A stretch of DNA of 64,000 nt from an uncultured Acidobacteriota bacterium (lineage in GTDB: Bacteria > Acidobacteriota > Terriglobia > UBA7540), in contig CAWDSK010000005.1 of NCBI GenBank assembly GCA_963804995.1, forward strand, positions 928,001 to 992,000, in the 5' to 3' direction. The notes below the pieces were generated by a model. That model searched no databases. It was not told the origin of the DNA and saw nothing but the letters and a program-made list of their open reading frames with translations. Positions 1 to 11,189 of the stretch are shown here, one piece after another. How positions within the stretch are numbered: the stretch's first letter is position 1; each line of letters starts with the position of its first letter. A program made the position numbers and the translations under genes.

Positions 1-8
1 CCCAGCCC

Positions 9-341
9 ATGCGGCGCGGCTCCCTATCGGAGCGTTATGTGAAATGCGGCAAGCCGGGTTGTGGTTGCGCGGAGGATGCCAAGGCGCGGCACGGCCCTTA
101 TTACAGTCTGACGCAGGCGGTGGGAGGGCAGACCCGCTCCCGCTTCTTGAACCCCGAGGAAGCGCAGCGGGCGCGAGAGCAGATCGAGACGGGCCAGCAG
201 TTTCGGCGTCAGGTGGAGGCTTACTGGGCTGCCTGTGAGCAATGGGCGGATGCCCAGCTGGAAGCCCGGGAGGAAGAAGGGCAAGCCGAGGTTAAAAAAA
301 ACCGCACTCGGCGAGGCTCTGGCGCACGACCTCACCGCTGA
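9..341 (+). CDS. IS-associated accessory protein (DUF6788-like), probably 5'-truncated by the window edge
   Basis: Motifs RGSLSERYVKCGKPGCGC and HGPYYSLT are typical of this family; overlaps the transposase ORF. Confidence 0.7.
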   Translation: MRRGSLSERYVKCGKPGCGCAEDAKARHGPYYSLTQAVGGQTRSRFLNPEEAQRAREQIETGQQFRRQVEAYWAACEQWADAQLEAREEEGQAEVKKNRTRRGSGARPHR

Positions 342-1647
342 GATTGAGCGCCTGGTGGGTCGGGAAGCCACGGCGGCTCTGGACTTCGAGGCGGTGGAAA
401 CGGCCGTACGCCGTCAGGCTTTGCGCTTCGCCGCGCGGGTGGTGGAGCAGCGGCTGAATGCCGACCACTCCGACTTTACCGGAGCCCGTCGGCCGTGTTC
501 CTGCGGTCAGCCCGCGCGCTATGTAGACCGGCGGGCCAAGCCTTTCCAGACCGTGCTGGGCGAATTACGGCTGGAGCGCGCCTACTATTATTGTGCTGCC
601 TGCCAGCGCGGGTTCTGTCCTCGTGACCAGCAGTGGGGAATGGAGGACACTTCTCTGTCCCCGGCGGTGACACGCATGGTGGGCACGGTGGGAGCCTTGG
701 TGAGCTTTCAAGAAGGGCGTGAACTCCTCGGGGAATTGGCGGGCGTGGAAGTAAGTGCCAAGCAGGTGGAGCGTACGGCGGAGGCGCTGGGAGCGGAAGT
801 CGCCGAGGATGAACGCCAACCGGTGGAGGCGGTGAGGGAAGGACCCTTGCCGCCCACCCTCTATCTCGGCCTGGATGGTACCGGCATTCCCATGCGCAAG
901 GAGGAACTCACGGGGCGAGCGGGCAAGCAGCCGGATGGCTCCGCCCAAACCCGCGAGGTCAAGGTCTGCGCCATCTGGAGCGCGGAAGCGCGCGATGCCG
1001 AAGGCCGGCCCCGGCGTGATGCTGGCTCGGTCAGCTACTCGGCGGCCATCGAGACGGCGGCCTGCCGCGACACCGACTCCCAGATCGCAGCATTTACCCA
1101 GCGCGTCGAGCGTGAGGCGAAGCGTCGAGACTTCGGGCAAGCCTCTCGCCAAGTGGTGATCGGCGACGGGGCTCCCTGGATCTGGAACATCGCCGCGGAG
1201 GTGTTCCCGCAAGCCCTGCAAATCGTGGATCGTTACCACGTGAAGGAGCATTTGAGCCAAGTGGCCAAGGCCCTCTATGGGCAAGCGGAGGCATCCCATC
1301 GCTGGGCGCAACGTCGGCACCAAGAATTGGATGGCGGGCGTTGGCGGAGTCTGACGACGGCGCTGGCCCGCCATGCGGCCCGCTCACCGGAAGCCCGCAA
1401 CTGCCTTCAGTACTTGCAGCGCAACCGGCACCGCATGCGCTACGCGGAATTTCATGCCCAGCACCTGTGTACTTCCTCAGGGGTTCTGGAGGCGGGTTGC
1501 AGGGTCGTCGTGGGGTCGCGCCTAAAACGTTCGGGCATGCATTGGACCGTGCGCGGCTCCAATGCCATCATCGCTCTGCGGTGTTACAAACTCAGCGGTC
1601 GCTTCGAAGACTTCTGGGAACGCCGGGCGCACAGGGTGGGGGCGTGA
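235..1647 (+). CDS. ISKra4/UPF0236-type DDE transposase (true start uncertain)
   Basis: CxC/CxxC zinc motifs, LGLDGTG, IGDGAPWIW, VDRYH, SGVLEAGC, RLKRSGMHW. Confidence 0.85.
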   Translation: MSNGRMPSWKPGRKKGKPRLKKTALGEALAHDLTAEIERLVGREATAALDFEAVETAVRRQALRFAARVVEQRLNADHSDFTGARRPCSCGQPARYVDRRAKPFQTVLGELRLERAYYYCAACQRGFCPRDQQWGMEDTSLSPAVTRMVGTVGALVSFQEGRELLGELAGVEVSAKQVERTAEALGAEVAEDERQPVEAVREGPLPPTLYLGLDGTGIPMRKEELTGRAGKQPDGSAQTREVKVCAIWSAEARDAEGRPRRDAGSVSYSAAIETAACRDTDSQIAAFTQRVEREAKRRDFGQASRQVVIGDGAPWIWNIAAEVFPQALQIVDRYHVKEHLSQVAKALYGQAEASHRWAQRRHQELDGGRWRSLTTALARHAARSPEARNCLQYLQRNRHRMRYAEFHAQHLCTSSGVLEAGCRVVVGSRLKRSGMHWTVRGSNAIIALRCYKLSGRFEDFWERRAHRVGA

Positions 1648-1853
1648 GCCCGCTCACTCCTTCGTCGTGCACCCCTCCGCAATCGTCAAGTGGAAGGGAA
1701 GGAGGGATTCTGGTATTCTATTTACTTAACATCCAACGGCTGGATCAGGGCATCCTACATAGGCGTTATCAGGGCTTCGAAACTATTCGAACGCGCTAAC
1801 GCACGGAAGACGAGTCTCGCAGGAAGCGAACCGAGCGGTCAGTGGTCCCGTGC

Positions 1854-4112
1854 ATGTTTCAATTCTTTTTCAAGTACCCACGCCTGGTTTTCTCGCGAGG
1901 GGAATTCGTCCTGTTGAGCAGTTGGCCCAAGTGGCTTCTGGGCTTGCTTCTCCTCGCGACGACCGGCGCCCTGGCGGGGCTGATCCGTGCGCGTCTGCCC
2001 CAAGCGGCCCCCAGCGTGAAGAACTGGCGGGCAGCCGTGATCTGGCTTCTCCAGTCCTGCCTGGCTGCCCTCTTGCTCGTCTTGCTTTGGCAGCCCGCCA
2101 TCATCATTGCTCAGCTTGAGCCCCAGAAAAACATCATCGCAGTCTTGGTCGATGACTCCCGAAGCATGTCCACTTTGGAGGACGGCGCGACCCGCCTCGA
2201 CCGGGCCGTCAAAGTCCTACAGGGCGGCGTACTCGCGGAACTCCAGAAGCAGTTCCAGACTCGCCTCTATCGCCTCGACAGTCAGGTAACGCGGGTTGAG
2301 AGTTTGGGAGAATTGCAGGCCACGACCCCCGTGACGCGCATCGGCGCGGGCCTGAAGCAATTGACCGAGGAGACCACCGATTTACCCATCGGCGCCGTTG
2401 TCCTCTTGAGTGATGGGTCCGACAATTCCGGCGGCGTCGACCTCGACACTATCGCGGCTCTCCGTTCCCGGCGGATTCCCGTCCACACCGTCGGCTTCGG
2501 CCGCGAACAGATGGCGCAGGATGTGGAAATCGACGACGCGAGTGTGGCGCCCCGCGCGCTGGCCGACTCGCGCCTGGCGGCTACGGTCCGCTTCCACCAG
2601 CACGGCTACGCCGGGCGGAAGTCCACGCTCCGGGTTCACGATGGGGCGACGGCGCTGGCATCGCGGGGCATCACCTTTGCCGGTGATGGCGTCATCCAAA
2701 CCGAGGATCTGATGTTCAACGCCGGAAGCGCGGGAGCCAAGGATCTCCGCTTCTCCATTGACTTGCTTCCTGGCGAGGAAAATCCCTCGAATAACGCGGT
2801 AACGCGGTTGGTGAGTGTTGAATCCAGCCGGCGCCGCATCCTGTACGTGGAGGGTGAGCCGCGTTGGGAGTACAAGTTCATCCGGCGTGCGCAGTCGGAT
2901 GACCGCGTGGTGCAGTTGGTTTCTATGCTGCGCACGACGGAGAACAAAATCTACCGTCAGGGAATCGACGACCCTAAGGAACTGGCGCAGGGGTTTCCAG
3001 CTTCCGCCGAAGAGCTTTTCGCTTACCAGGGGTTGATAATCGGCTCGGTCGAAGCGGATTACTTCACGCCCGCCCAACGAGAGTTGATCCAGCAGTTCGT
3101 CGACCGTCGCGGCGGCGGTCTGCTGCTGCTCGGCGGCCGCTCGGCACTGGCGGATGGAGGCTGGGGAGCCTCCGGCCTGACCGATCTTCTTCCTGTTCTT
3201 CTGCCCAGCCGGAAGGGAACGTTCCACCGGGACCCTGCCACGGTCACGCTTGAGCTCGCCGGAGCTGATAGCATCATTTGCCGATTGATCGAAGACCCGA
3301 CGCGCAACCTGGCGCGCTGGAAGAAAGTTCCCTACCTCGCGGATTATCAGGATCCCGGCACACCCAAACCCGGCGCAGCGGTATTGGTTGAAATGAACGC
3401 GGGCGGGCGGAAGATGCCGTTGCTCATCACCCAGAATTACGGGCGCGGGCGCACGGCCATCCTGGCCACGGGCGGGACGTGGCGCTGGCAGATGACTCTG
3501 CCCTTGGAAGACCACACGCATGATGCCTTCTGGCAACAACTGTTGCGCTGGCTCGTTGCGGATACTCCGGGCCACGTCGTCGCCACCGTCCCCAACCAAA
3601 TGTTGTTTGACGAAGGGCGTGTGAAAATTTCGGCTGAGGTCCGCGACAAGGATTTCGCTCCCGCCCCTGACGCCCTGGCCCAGGCGCACATTTCGGGGCC
3701 AGGAGGCGCTGGCGCAACGCTTGACTTGGCCCCCGACCCGAACACGCCGGGCGTCTTCCAGGCCGATTGGACCGCGGACCGGCCCGGTTCGTACTCCGTC
3801 CTGGTAACCGCCAAGCGCGCGGATGCCGATCTCGGCAGCGACACCCTGACAATCGATCGCATGGACGGGGTCGCGGAGAACTTTCACCTCGCGCAGAATC
3901 GCGAACTCTTGGAAAGACTATCTCGTCAGACCGGGGGGCGGTACTGGCAGCCCCAGGAGCTTTCTCGCCTCGGCCGCGACATCCCCTATTCCGAGGCGGG
4001 TATCAGCTTTCGTCAAATTAAGGATTTGTGGAACATGCCGGCGGTCTTCCTGCTGATTTTAGTCTTGCGCTGCTCCGAATGGCTCTTGCGCCGGAGGTGG
4101 GGGATCGTGTGA
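1854..4112 (+). CDS. Membrane protein with vWA (MIDAS) and glutamine-amidotransferase-like domains
   Basis: N-terminal TM helices, VLVDDSRSM MIDAS, LLSDG, ILYVEGEPRWEYKF, YGRGR, C-terminal TM EWLLRRRWG; first gene of the MoxR operon. Confidence 0.85.
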   Translation: MFQFFFKYPRLVFSRGEFVLLSSWPKWLLGLLLLATTGALAGLIRARLPQAAPSVKNWRAAVIWLLQSCLAALLLVLLWQPAIIIAQLEPQKNIIAVLVDDSRSMSTLEDGATRLDRAVKVLQGGVLAELQKQFQTRLYRLDSQVTRVESLGELQATTPVTRIGAGLKQLTEETTDLPIGAVVLLSDGSDNSGGVDLDTIAALRSRRIPVHTVGFGREQMAQDVEIDDASVAPRALADSRLAATVRFHQHGYAGRKSTLRVHDGATALASRGITFAGDGVIQTEDLMFNAGSAGAKDLRFSIDLLPGEENPSNNAVTRLVSVESSRRRILYVEGEPRWEYKFIRRAQSDDRVVQLVSMLRTTENKIYRQGIDDPKELAQGFPASAEELFAYQGLIIGSVEADYFTPAQRELIQQFVDRRGGGLLLLGGRSALADGGWGASGLTDLLPVLLPSRKGTFHRDPATVTLELAGADSIICRLIEDPTRNLARWKKVPYLADYQDPGTPKPGAAVLVEMNAGGRKMPLLITQNYGRGRTAILATGGTWRWQMTLPLEDHTHDAFWQQLLRWLVADTPGHVVATVPNQMLFDEGRVKISAEVRDKDFAPAPDALAQAHISGPGGAGATLDLAPDPNTPGVFQADWTADRPGSYSVLVTAKRADADLGSDTLTIDRMDGVAENFHLAQNRELLERLSRQTGGRYWQPQELSRLGRDIPYSEAGISFRQIKDLWNMPAVFLLILVLRCSEWLLRRRWGIV

Positions 4113-5050
4113 GAACTGCATCTTGGGGCTGGTCGCTCATACTCTTGTTTCTGTCCGTGCTTCCGGCGCAGGGGGCCGCATACTACCTCACCGTCGCGGG
4201 CCTGGGTGGCGAGCCGGAGTACGACAAACGCTTCACGGAGCTGGCCAACGATCTCGACAAGGTCTTCAAAACCTCGGGAGGCGATGTGCATGTCTATACG
4301 CTGACGGGCAAGGAGGCATCCCGCGCGCGCCTTACCGAAACCCTCGGCGTCATCGCGAGCCAGGCCAAGCCGGAGGATGACCTCGTCCTCATTCTCATCG
4401 GTCACGGCTCCTTCGACGGCATGGAGTACAAATTCAATCTCGTGGGCCCGGATATCTCCGCTGAGGAACTGGCGGGGCTTTGTGATCGCGTGCCAACCAA
4501 ACGCCAATTGATCGTTAACACCACGAGTGCGAGTGGCGGCTCCATTCCCGGCCTGCAGCGGGCGGGCCGAGCTGTCATTGCCGCCACCAAGTCGGGAACC
4601 GAAAAGAATGCCACCATCTTCTGCCGCTACTGGGTCGAAGCGCTGCATGACCCCGACGCGGATGTTGACAAAAACGAGGCGATCAGCGCCCTCGAGGCGT
4701 TCCAATATGCAGACCGCAAGACCGCGGCCTATTACGAATCGGAGAAGCGCCTGGCTACGGAACACGCGGTGTTCGAGGACACAGGCAAGAACGAAGCCGT
4801 GCGCCCGCCCTCCAGCGAAACCGGTGAGGGATTGTTGCTTTCGACTTTCACCTTGATTCGATTCGGCGCCGCCGACAAAGCCGCGCACGATCCGGCCAAG
4901 CGCGCCCTGCTCGCCAAGAAGGAGGAACTCGAACGGCAAATTGATACCTTGAAGTACCAGAAAGCCGCCATGACGGAGGACGATTACAAAAAGCAGCTCA
5001 CCGAGGCGCTCGTTGAGCTGGCGCGAATTCAGCAGGAGTTGGATAAGTGA
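4109..5050 (+). CDS. Exported caspase/peptidase C13-like protein
   Basis: GTG start overlaps the previous stop; signal peptide; LIGHG motif; IVNTTSASG at the position where clan CD proteases carry the Cys; coiled-coil C-terminus. Confidence 0.7.
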   Translation: MRTASWGWSLILLFLSVLPAQGAAYYLTVAGLGGEPEYDKRFTELANDLDKVFKTSGGDVHVYTLTGKEASRARLTETLGVIASQAKPEDDLVLILIGHGSFDGMEYKFNLVGPDISAEELAGLCDRVPTKRQLIVNTTSASGGSIPGLQRAGRAVIAATKSGTEKNATIFCRYWVEALHDPDADVDKNEAISALEAFQYADRKTAAYYESEKRLATEHAVFEDTGKNEAVRPPSSETGEGLLLSTFTLIRFGAADKAAHDPAKRALLAKKEELERQIDTLKYQKAAMTEDDYKKQLTEALVELARIQQELDK

Positions 5051-7254
5051 CGCGCTTAAACCCAATCCGGGCCTTCTGGGTGATCGGGATCGTGGGCGCG
5101 AGCCTCGCATGGGCCGCCACCCCGGACGATTGCCATGAGCTCCGCATGCACGGCCGCCAGGTTGAGGCGCGCGCCTGTTACGAATCGCTGACGGCGGCGC
5201 ACGATCCCTACCTCCGAGCCGAAGGTTTCTGGGGACTCGAAAGGTACCAGGAGGCCAACAATCACTTTCGTGATGCGGTGGCCCAGAACGATCGCAATGC
5301 CAATTACCGCGTTCGCTGGGGCCGCCTGATGCATGAGCGGTTCAATAACACCGAGGCTGAAAACCTATTTGAAGAAGCCCTGGAGCGAGACCCTAAGAAC
5401 GCCGCAGCCTATCTGGGCCTTGCTCTCGTCAGTGCGGATGGCTTCGATAGCAGGGCAGTGAAATGGGCGGCCAAAGCATTGGAACTTGATCCGAAGCTCC
5501 GGGAAGCCCATGAGTTAATGGCTAATCTTGCGCTCGAGAATTCGGACCCGGAAGAGGCCCTTCATCAGGCGGATGAGGCCCTCAAGCTTTCTCCCGACAC
5601 GCTCGACGCCTTGGCGATCCATGCGGCGGTTGAGGTGCTGGCGGATCGCTCACCCGACGCCTGGCTCGAGAAAATCCGCCGGGTCAATCCCTCCTATGGT
5701 CAGGGCTGCTCGATCGTCGCCCACCACCTGCTGCTGAACTACAGGTTTGAGGATGCCATTGCCTATTACCGTAAGGCGCTCGAACTCGACCCGCAGCTCT
5801 GGTCGGCTCGCTCCGCGCTCGGGGTCAACCTGATGCGTTTGGGGGAGGAGGACGAACCGCGCCGGCAGCTTGAGATGTGCTATGCCAACGGTTACCGGGA
5901 CGCGGCCACGGTGGACAGCCTTCGTCTACTGGATAGCTACAAGAACTATATTACCTTTCGGGATGAAACCACGATCCTGAAGCTGCACAAGAAAGAAGCT
6001 GAGCTGTTGCGCCCCTATTTTGAAGAGGAGTTGAAGCGCATCATCGCCACGTACGAGAAGAAATACCAGATGAAACTTCCGGGCCCCGTGCAGGTGGAAG
6101 TCTACCCTGACCACGAGGACTTCGCGGTTCGAACCATGGGAATGCCCGGGCTCGGCGCCCTGGGTGTGACCTTTGGTGAGGTCGTGGCTATGGACAGCCC
6201 CTCCGGCCGCAAGCCCGGCGACTTCAATTGGGGCAGCACGCTGTGGCACGAGATGAGCCACGTCTACATCCTCACGGCCACCCACCACCGCGTGCCGCGT
6301 TGGTTCACCGAGGGGCTGGCCGTCCACGAGGAGTCGGAAGGTTCTCCCGAATGGAGCAGCCGTGTGACCCCGGACATTCTCGTCGCCCTGCGCGACAAGA
6401 AATTGCTCCCCGTCGCGCAACTCGATCGCAGCTTTGTTCGCCCCGAATATCCCGGGCAGGTTCTGGTTTCCTATTTCCAGGCAGGCCGCATCTGCGATTA
6501 CATCCAGGGCCGTTGGGGTAACGACAAGCTTCTCGACATGGTGCATACGTTTGCCGAGCGCAAGACCACGCCCGAGGCCATTCAGCAAAACCTCGGCATG
6601 TCGCCGGAGGATTTCGATAAACAGTTTCAGGCGTGGCTTTACGGGGACCTTGGTAAGACTGCCGTGGGCTTCGATGACTGGCGCAAAAGCTTGAAGGCTC
6701 TGGCCGCGTCCGCCAAGGACGGCAATTACGTCCAGGTGCTGAGGGAAGGCGAGGAAGTTCGCCGCATGTATCCGCAGTATGTCGAGGGCGCCAACGCTTA
6801 TGAGTTCCTCGCCCAGGCCCAGCTCGCCAAGGGGAACAAGCAGGCCGCCGCCGCGGTGCTTACGGAGTATGAAAGAGCCGGAGGGCAGAGCCCGTCAACG
6901 CTTAAAGAGCTGGCCTCACTCGAAGAGGAGTTGGGCGAGCCCGCGGAAGCTGCTGCCACGCTGGACCGGATCAATTACATCTATCCGGTGGGCGACGAGG
7001 ACCTGCACCGCCACCTCGGCAGCCTTTGGCTTACGCAAAAGAATTACGCCGGCGCCATCCGCGAATGCGGCGCGGTAGTGGCTTTGCACCCTCTCGATGC
7101 AGCCTCCGCCCAATTCAGACTGGCCCAGGCCTATTTCGCCGCCGGCCAGCGCGACAAGGCGGAGGAACATGTGCTGGCGTCGCTCGAGGCCGCGCCCGGT
7201 TACCGGCCGGCGCAAAACTTATTGTTGGAACTTCAGGATTCAGCGAAAAGGTGA
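5047..7254 (+). CDS. Exported TPR protein with a peptidase MA-like zinc domain
   Basis: Signal peptide, many TPR-like repeats, WHEMSH (HExxH) and PRWFTEGLA. Confidence 0.85.
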   Translation: MTRLNPIRAFWVIGIVGASLAWAATPDDCHELRMHGRQVEARACYESLTAAHDPYLRAEGFWGLERYQEANNHFRDAVAQNDRNANYRVRWGRLMHERFNNTEAENLFEEALERDPKNAAAYLGLALVSADGFDSRAVKWAAKALELDPKLREAHELMANLALENSDPEEALHQADEALKLSPDTLDALAIHAAVEVLADRSPDAWLEKIRRVNPSYGQGCSIVAHHLLLNYRFEDAIAYYRKALELDPQLWSARSALGVNLMRLGEEDEPRRQLEMCYANGYRDAATVDSLRLLDSYKNYITFRDETTILKLHKKEAELLRPYFEEELKRIIATYEKKYQMKLPGPVQVEVYPDHEDFAVRTMGMPGLGALGVTFGEVVAMDSPSGRKPGDFNWGSTLWHEMSHVYILTATHHRVPRWFTEGLAVHEESEGSPEWSSRVTPDILVALRDKKLLPVAQLDRSFVRPEYPGQVLVSYFQAGRICDYIQGRWGNDKLLDMVHTFAERKTTPEAIQQNLGMSPEDFDKQFQAWLYGDLGKTAVGFDDWRKSLKALAASAKDGNYVQVLREGEEVRRMYPQYVEGANAYEFLAQAQLAKGNKQAAAAVLTEYERAGGQSPSTLKELASLEEELGEPAEAAATLDRINYIYPVGDEDLHRHLGSLWLTQKNYAGAIRECGAVVALHPLDAASAQFRLAQAYFAAGQRDKAEEHVLASLEAAPGYRPAQNLLLELQDSAKR

Positions 7255-7257
7255 ATT

Positions 7258-8286
7258 ATGGCTACCTTCACTGAGATGCAACTGGACTCCACCCAATTGA
7301 AGAGCCGGATTGAGCGGTTCCAATTGGTGCGGGACAGAATTCTCACCCAGGTCCGGGAAGTTATCGTCGGGCAGGAAGAAGTTCTCGATCAGATTCTCAT
7401 AGGGCTCTTTGTGGGAGGCCATTGCCTTATCACCGGCCTGCCCGGCACGGCCAAGACCCTCATGGTCCGCACCATCGCCCAGACGCTGGGACTGGTCTTC
7501 AAGCGCATCCAGTTCACGCCGGACCTGATGCCATCGGATATAACCGGCACGGATATTATTGAGGAAGACCCGACCACCGGCCATCGGCGCTGGACATTCG
7601 TCCAGGGCCCCATCTTCGGTAATGTCGTGTTGGCTGATGAAATCAACCGCACGCCGCCCAAGACGCAGGCCGCCCTGCTCGAAGCCATGCAGGAACTTTC
7701 CTGCACGGTGCGCGGCAACCACTATCAGTTGCCCTTGCCCTTCTTTGTGCTGGCCACGCAGAACCCTATTGAACTCGAAGGGACGTACCCGCTGCCCGAA
7801 GCGCAGCTCGACCGTTTTCTGTTCAACACCCTCCTTGATTACCTGAGTCCGGAGGACGAGGCGAGGGTAATCGACCTGACCACCACCACGCGCGTGCCCA
7901 AGGTGGAGGCGGTTACCAATGCCGAGGAGATTCTCGATTTCCAGCACCTGGTGCGGATGGTGCCGATCGCCGACTCGCTGGCCCGCTACGTCGTCAGCCT
8001 GGTCCGCGCCACGCGCTCGAACAGCGGGACGGCGCCCGATTTCGTCAAGAAATACGTCAACTACGGGGCCAGCGTCCGCGCCGCGCAATTCATTGTGCTG
8101 GCGGCCAAGGCTCGTGCCCTGACGCATCGCCGCTACCACGTGACTTACGACGACATCACGGCGCTGGCCACGCCCGTCCTGCGCCACCGCATTCTTTTGA
8201 ATTTCCATGCGGAGTCGGACCGCATCGATTCTGACGAAATTCTCCGCCGCTTGCTTGAACATATGCCGCCACCGGCGGGAGGCTAA
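7258..8286 (+). CDS. moxR: MoxR-family AAA+ ATPase
   Basis: GLPGTAKT, RIQFTPDLMPSDITG, LADEINR, ATQNPIELEGTYPLPEAQLDRF. Confidence 0.95.
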   Translation: MATFTEMQLDSTQLKSRIERFQLVRDRILTQVREVIVGQEEVLDQILIGLFVGGHCLITGLPGTAKTLMVRTIAQTLGLVFKRIQFTPDLMPSDITGTDIIEEDPTTGHRRWTFVQGPIFGNVVLADEINRTPPKTQAALLEAMQELSCTVRGNHYQLPLPFFVLATQNPIELEGTYPLPEAQLDRFLFNTLLDYLSPEDEARVIDLTTTTRVPKVEAVTNAEEILDFQHLVRMVPIADSLARYVVSLVRATRSNSGTAPDFVKKYVNYGASVRAAQFIVLAAKARALTHRRYHVTYDDITALATPVLRHRILLNFHAESDRIDSDEILRRLLEHMPPPAGG

Positions 8287-8288
8287 CG

Positions 8289-9176
8289 GTGCAACGTTTC
8301 ATCGATCCGGAGGTGCTGGCCGGCATTTCCGGTCTGGACCTTATCGCCAAGACCGTGGTGGATGGATTCATCGCCGGCCTCCACCGCTCGCCAAACTTCG
8401 GCTTCAGCCAGGAGTTCGCCGAATACCGCGCCTACGCGCCCGGCGATGACGTGCGCCACATCGACTGGAATGTTTTTGCCCGCACCGAGCGCGCCTACCT
8501 GAAGCGTTATCGTGGTGAAACCAACACCCTGCTGACCGTGCTCCTCGACGCCAGTAACTCCATGAAATTTTCCTCGCATCGCGTCAGCAAGATGGACTAC
8601 GCGCGTTACACGGCGGCCGCGCTGTTCTATCTCACTACCCAAACTCAGCGCGATGCTGCCGGCCTGATCGTTTTCGACGATGAGCTCCGCAATTACATCC
8701 GGCCCTCCAACCGTCAAGGGCAGTTGCACCGGCTTTTGAGCGGCCTCGAGCACGCGGAGCCCCGCGCGCGCACCGACTACGCAAAACCCTTGGAGCACTT
8801 CCAGGAATTTCTGCGGCGGCGGGGCGTGGCTGTCATCATCTCTGACTTTTACGAAACTCCCGAGCGGATCATCCGGACGCTTGAACCCCTGCGTTTCCGC
8901 GGCAACGAGGTGGTCCTCTTTCATGTTCTCGATCCCCAGGAGGTTCGCCCGGAATTTCGCGGACCGACCACTTTGATCGACCTTGAGACCCAGGAGTCCT
9001 TGGAGGTCAGCCCCGAATATGCCCGGGAGGAGTACGCGCAGAAGATTGACACGCACATTGAGGCGCTGCGGGATGGCGCCCGGGGCTCAGGCATGGACTA
9101 CCATCTGCTGGTGACGGACCGCCCGCTGGACGACGCGCTGCGCGAGTACCTGGCGATTCGACAGGGGAGGGCGTAA
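8289..9176 (+). CDS. DUF58 domain protein
   Basis: GLHRSP, EFAEYRAYAPGDDVRHIDWN, LLDASNSM, IISDF; follows moxR. Confidence 0.93.
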   Translation: MQRFIDPEVLAGISGLDLIAKTVVDGFIAGLHRSPNFGFSQEFAEYRAYAPGDDVRHIDWNVFARTERAYLKRYRGETNTLLTVLLDASNSMKFSSHRVSKMDYARYTAAALFYLTTQTQRDAAGLIVFDDELRNYIRPSNRQGQLHRLLSGLEHAEPRARTDYAKPLEHFQEFLRRRGVAVIISDFYETPERIIRTLEPLRFRGNEVVLFHVLDPQEVRPEFRGPTTLIDLETQESLEVSPEYAREEYAQKIDTHIEALRDGARGSGMDYHLLVTDRPLDDALREYLAIRQGRA

Positions 9177-11189
9177 TGGGTTTGCTTTCCCCATGGTTCC
9201 TCGCGGCGGCGGCGTTGGTGGGGCTCCCCATCTATCTCCATCTGCTCCGCCGTCACAAGGCGGATCCCCAGCCGTTCAGCTCGCTCATGTTTTTCGAGCG
9301 GCGCACCCAAAGTTCGATCAAGCATCGCCGCCTCCGTCATCTGCTGCTGCTGTCACTGCGAGTTGCGGTTCTGCTATTGCTGGCGCTGGTATTTGCAAAT
9401 CCATTTATTAACCGTTCCGTGGCAGGCATGGGCGGCAATAAACTGGTTCTGTTGGTTATCGATAACTCTTTCAGCATGCGGGCCGGGTCGCGCCTGGCCG
9501 ACGCGCGGCAGGCCGCGCTTGCCGTGCTGGCGTCGCGGAATCCTGGGACCCGGGCTCAGGTCATGACGCTTGGCTCTGAGCTCCACGTGTTGACCGGGCA
9601 AACTCAAGAAGCAGGGGAGTTGCGGAACGCCGTGGAAAGCGTCACGCCTGGCGACTCCCGCGCGAGTTTCGGCGATCTCGCCAGGGGCATGCGCTCCCTG
9701 GCGGAAACAGTTCGTACTCCCGTTGAGCTGCACCTCTTCAGTGACCTGCAGAAATCCAACCTGCCGGCGAGCTTCCAGGAAATGACCTTGCCACCGAACG
9801 TCACCCTTGTTCCGCATGCGGTCGCGAAGAGCGCAGCGCCCAACTGGACGGTCGAAAGCGTCACTGCCCCGGCCCAGGTTTGGGACCCGAAGAAAGCTCG
9901 CGTCCAGGCCGTGGTTGCGGGATTCCACACCCCTGCGGCCACCCGAACCGTTTCCCTGGTTGTCAATGGCAAGACCCTCGCGACGCGCAGCGTCAGCGTA
10001 CCGGCCGATGGTCGCGCGACCGTGGAGTTTGATTCCCTGGATGTGCCCTACGGCTTCAGCCGTTGTGAGGTGAGGATTGATTCGGCAGACTCCTTAGCGG
10101 CCGACGATCAGTTCCTATTTTCCGTCGAGCGTTCCGACCCCCAGCGGGTTCTCTTCGTCCACGAGGAGAACGATTCGCGCTCTCCCCTCTACTTCCGCTC
10201 TGCCCTCGCCTCGGCGGCGGAAGCGGCCTTCACGGTGGAAACCCTTACGGTCGACCAGGCCGCGAACACGCAACCCTCGCAGTATGCTTTCGTCGTTCTG
10301 TCTGACGTTGGATCGCTGCCCTCTGCGTACGAAGAAAGTCTCCTCAACTATGTACGCGGCGGCGGGAGTATCCTGATTGCTCTCGGCACATCCGCGGCGC
10401 GCCGTCCACACATTCCCGTCTTCGGAGGTGACATCCGGGGTTCGCGCAATTATGCGCGCGCTGGCCAGCGCTACCTGACCGTGGGCGAAGCTGATCCAAC
10501 GCTATCCCTCGATTGCCAAGGCCGAGCGCTGGGCCAACGTGGAGTTCTACTTTGCCGTCGAGCCCGACACGGCCAATTCGCGAGTTATCTCACGCCTCAC
10601 CGATGGGACGCCTTTGCTGGTGGAAAAGAAGTTGAGTGAGGGGCGAGTTCTGCTTTTCACTTCGGGCCTGGACAATCTCACCAATGATTTCCCGATGCAT
10701 CCGACCTTCGTCCCCTTTGTCGAGCAAACGGCGCGGTATCTCTCCGGCGCGGAGCGGCGGAGCGGCTCCCGCGTGGTCGATTCCTTCTTTGAGCTGCGCA
10801 CCGACAAGGATCATGCCGCCAGCGTCGAGGTGGTTGACCCCGACGGGCGCCGCCCCCTTTCCTTGAAGGAGGCGGCTTCCACCCCGACGTTCCGGTTGAG
10901 CCGCTCCGGCTTTTACGAAATGCGCCTTGCCAATGGCCGCCATGAGGTCATCGGCGTCAACGCGGACCGCCGCGAGTCCGACCTCGACGTCATCCCTGAT
11001 GATGTTCTGGCGCTTTGGCGGGGCAATGCTGCACCAACCCCGCAGCCGGCTTCGGTGGCCGGGACAGTGCAGCAAGAGAAAAAGCCTTACAGCGTCTGGT
11101 GGTACTTCATGCTGCTCCTTCTGGTGGCAGCGGTAGCGGAATCATTGGTAAGCGACCGATACCTGGGCAAGCTGCGGGAGGAGCCATGA
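9176..11189 (+). CDS. BatA/vWA domain membrane protein, frameshifted near 10500
   Basis: BatA N-terminus (LPIYLHLL...FSSLMF), VIDNSFSM MIDAS, LFSDLQ. ORFs 9176-10639 and 10539-11189 join into one coherent protein with a C-terminal TM. Confidence 0.85.

Larger units (their letters stand above)
1..1674 (+). mobile_element. ISKra4-family-like insertion sequence (left end outside the window)
   Basis: Small Cys-rich ORF followed by a DDE transposase. The probable right end GTCGTGCACCC (1664-1674) lies just after the stop codon. Confidence 0.75.
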
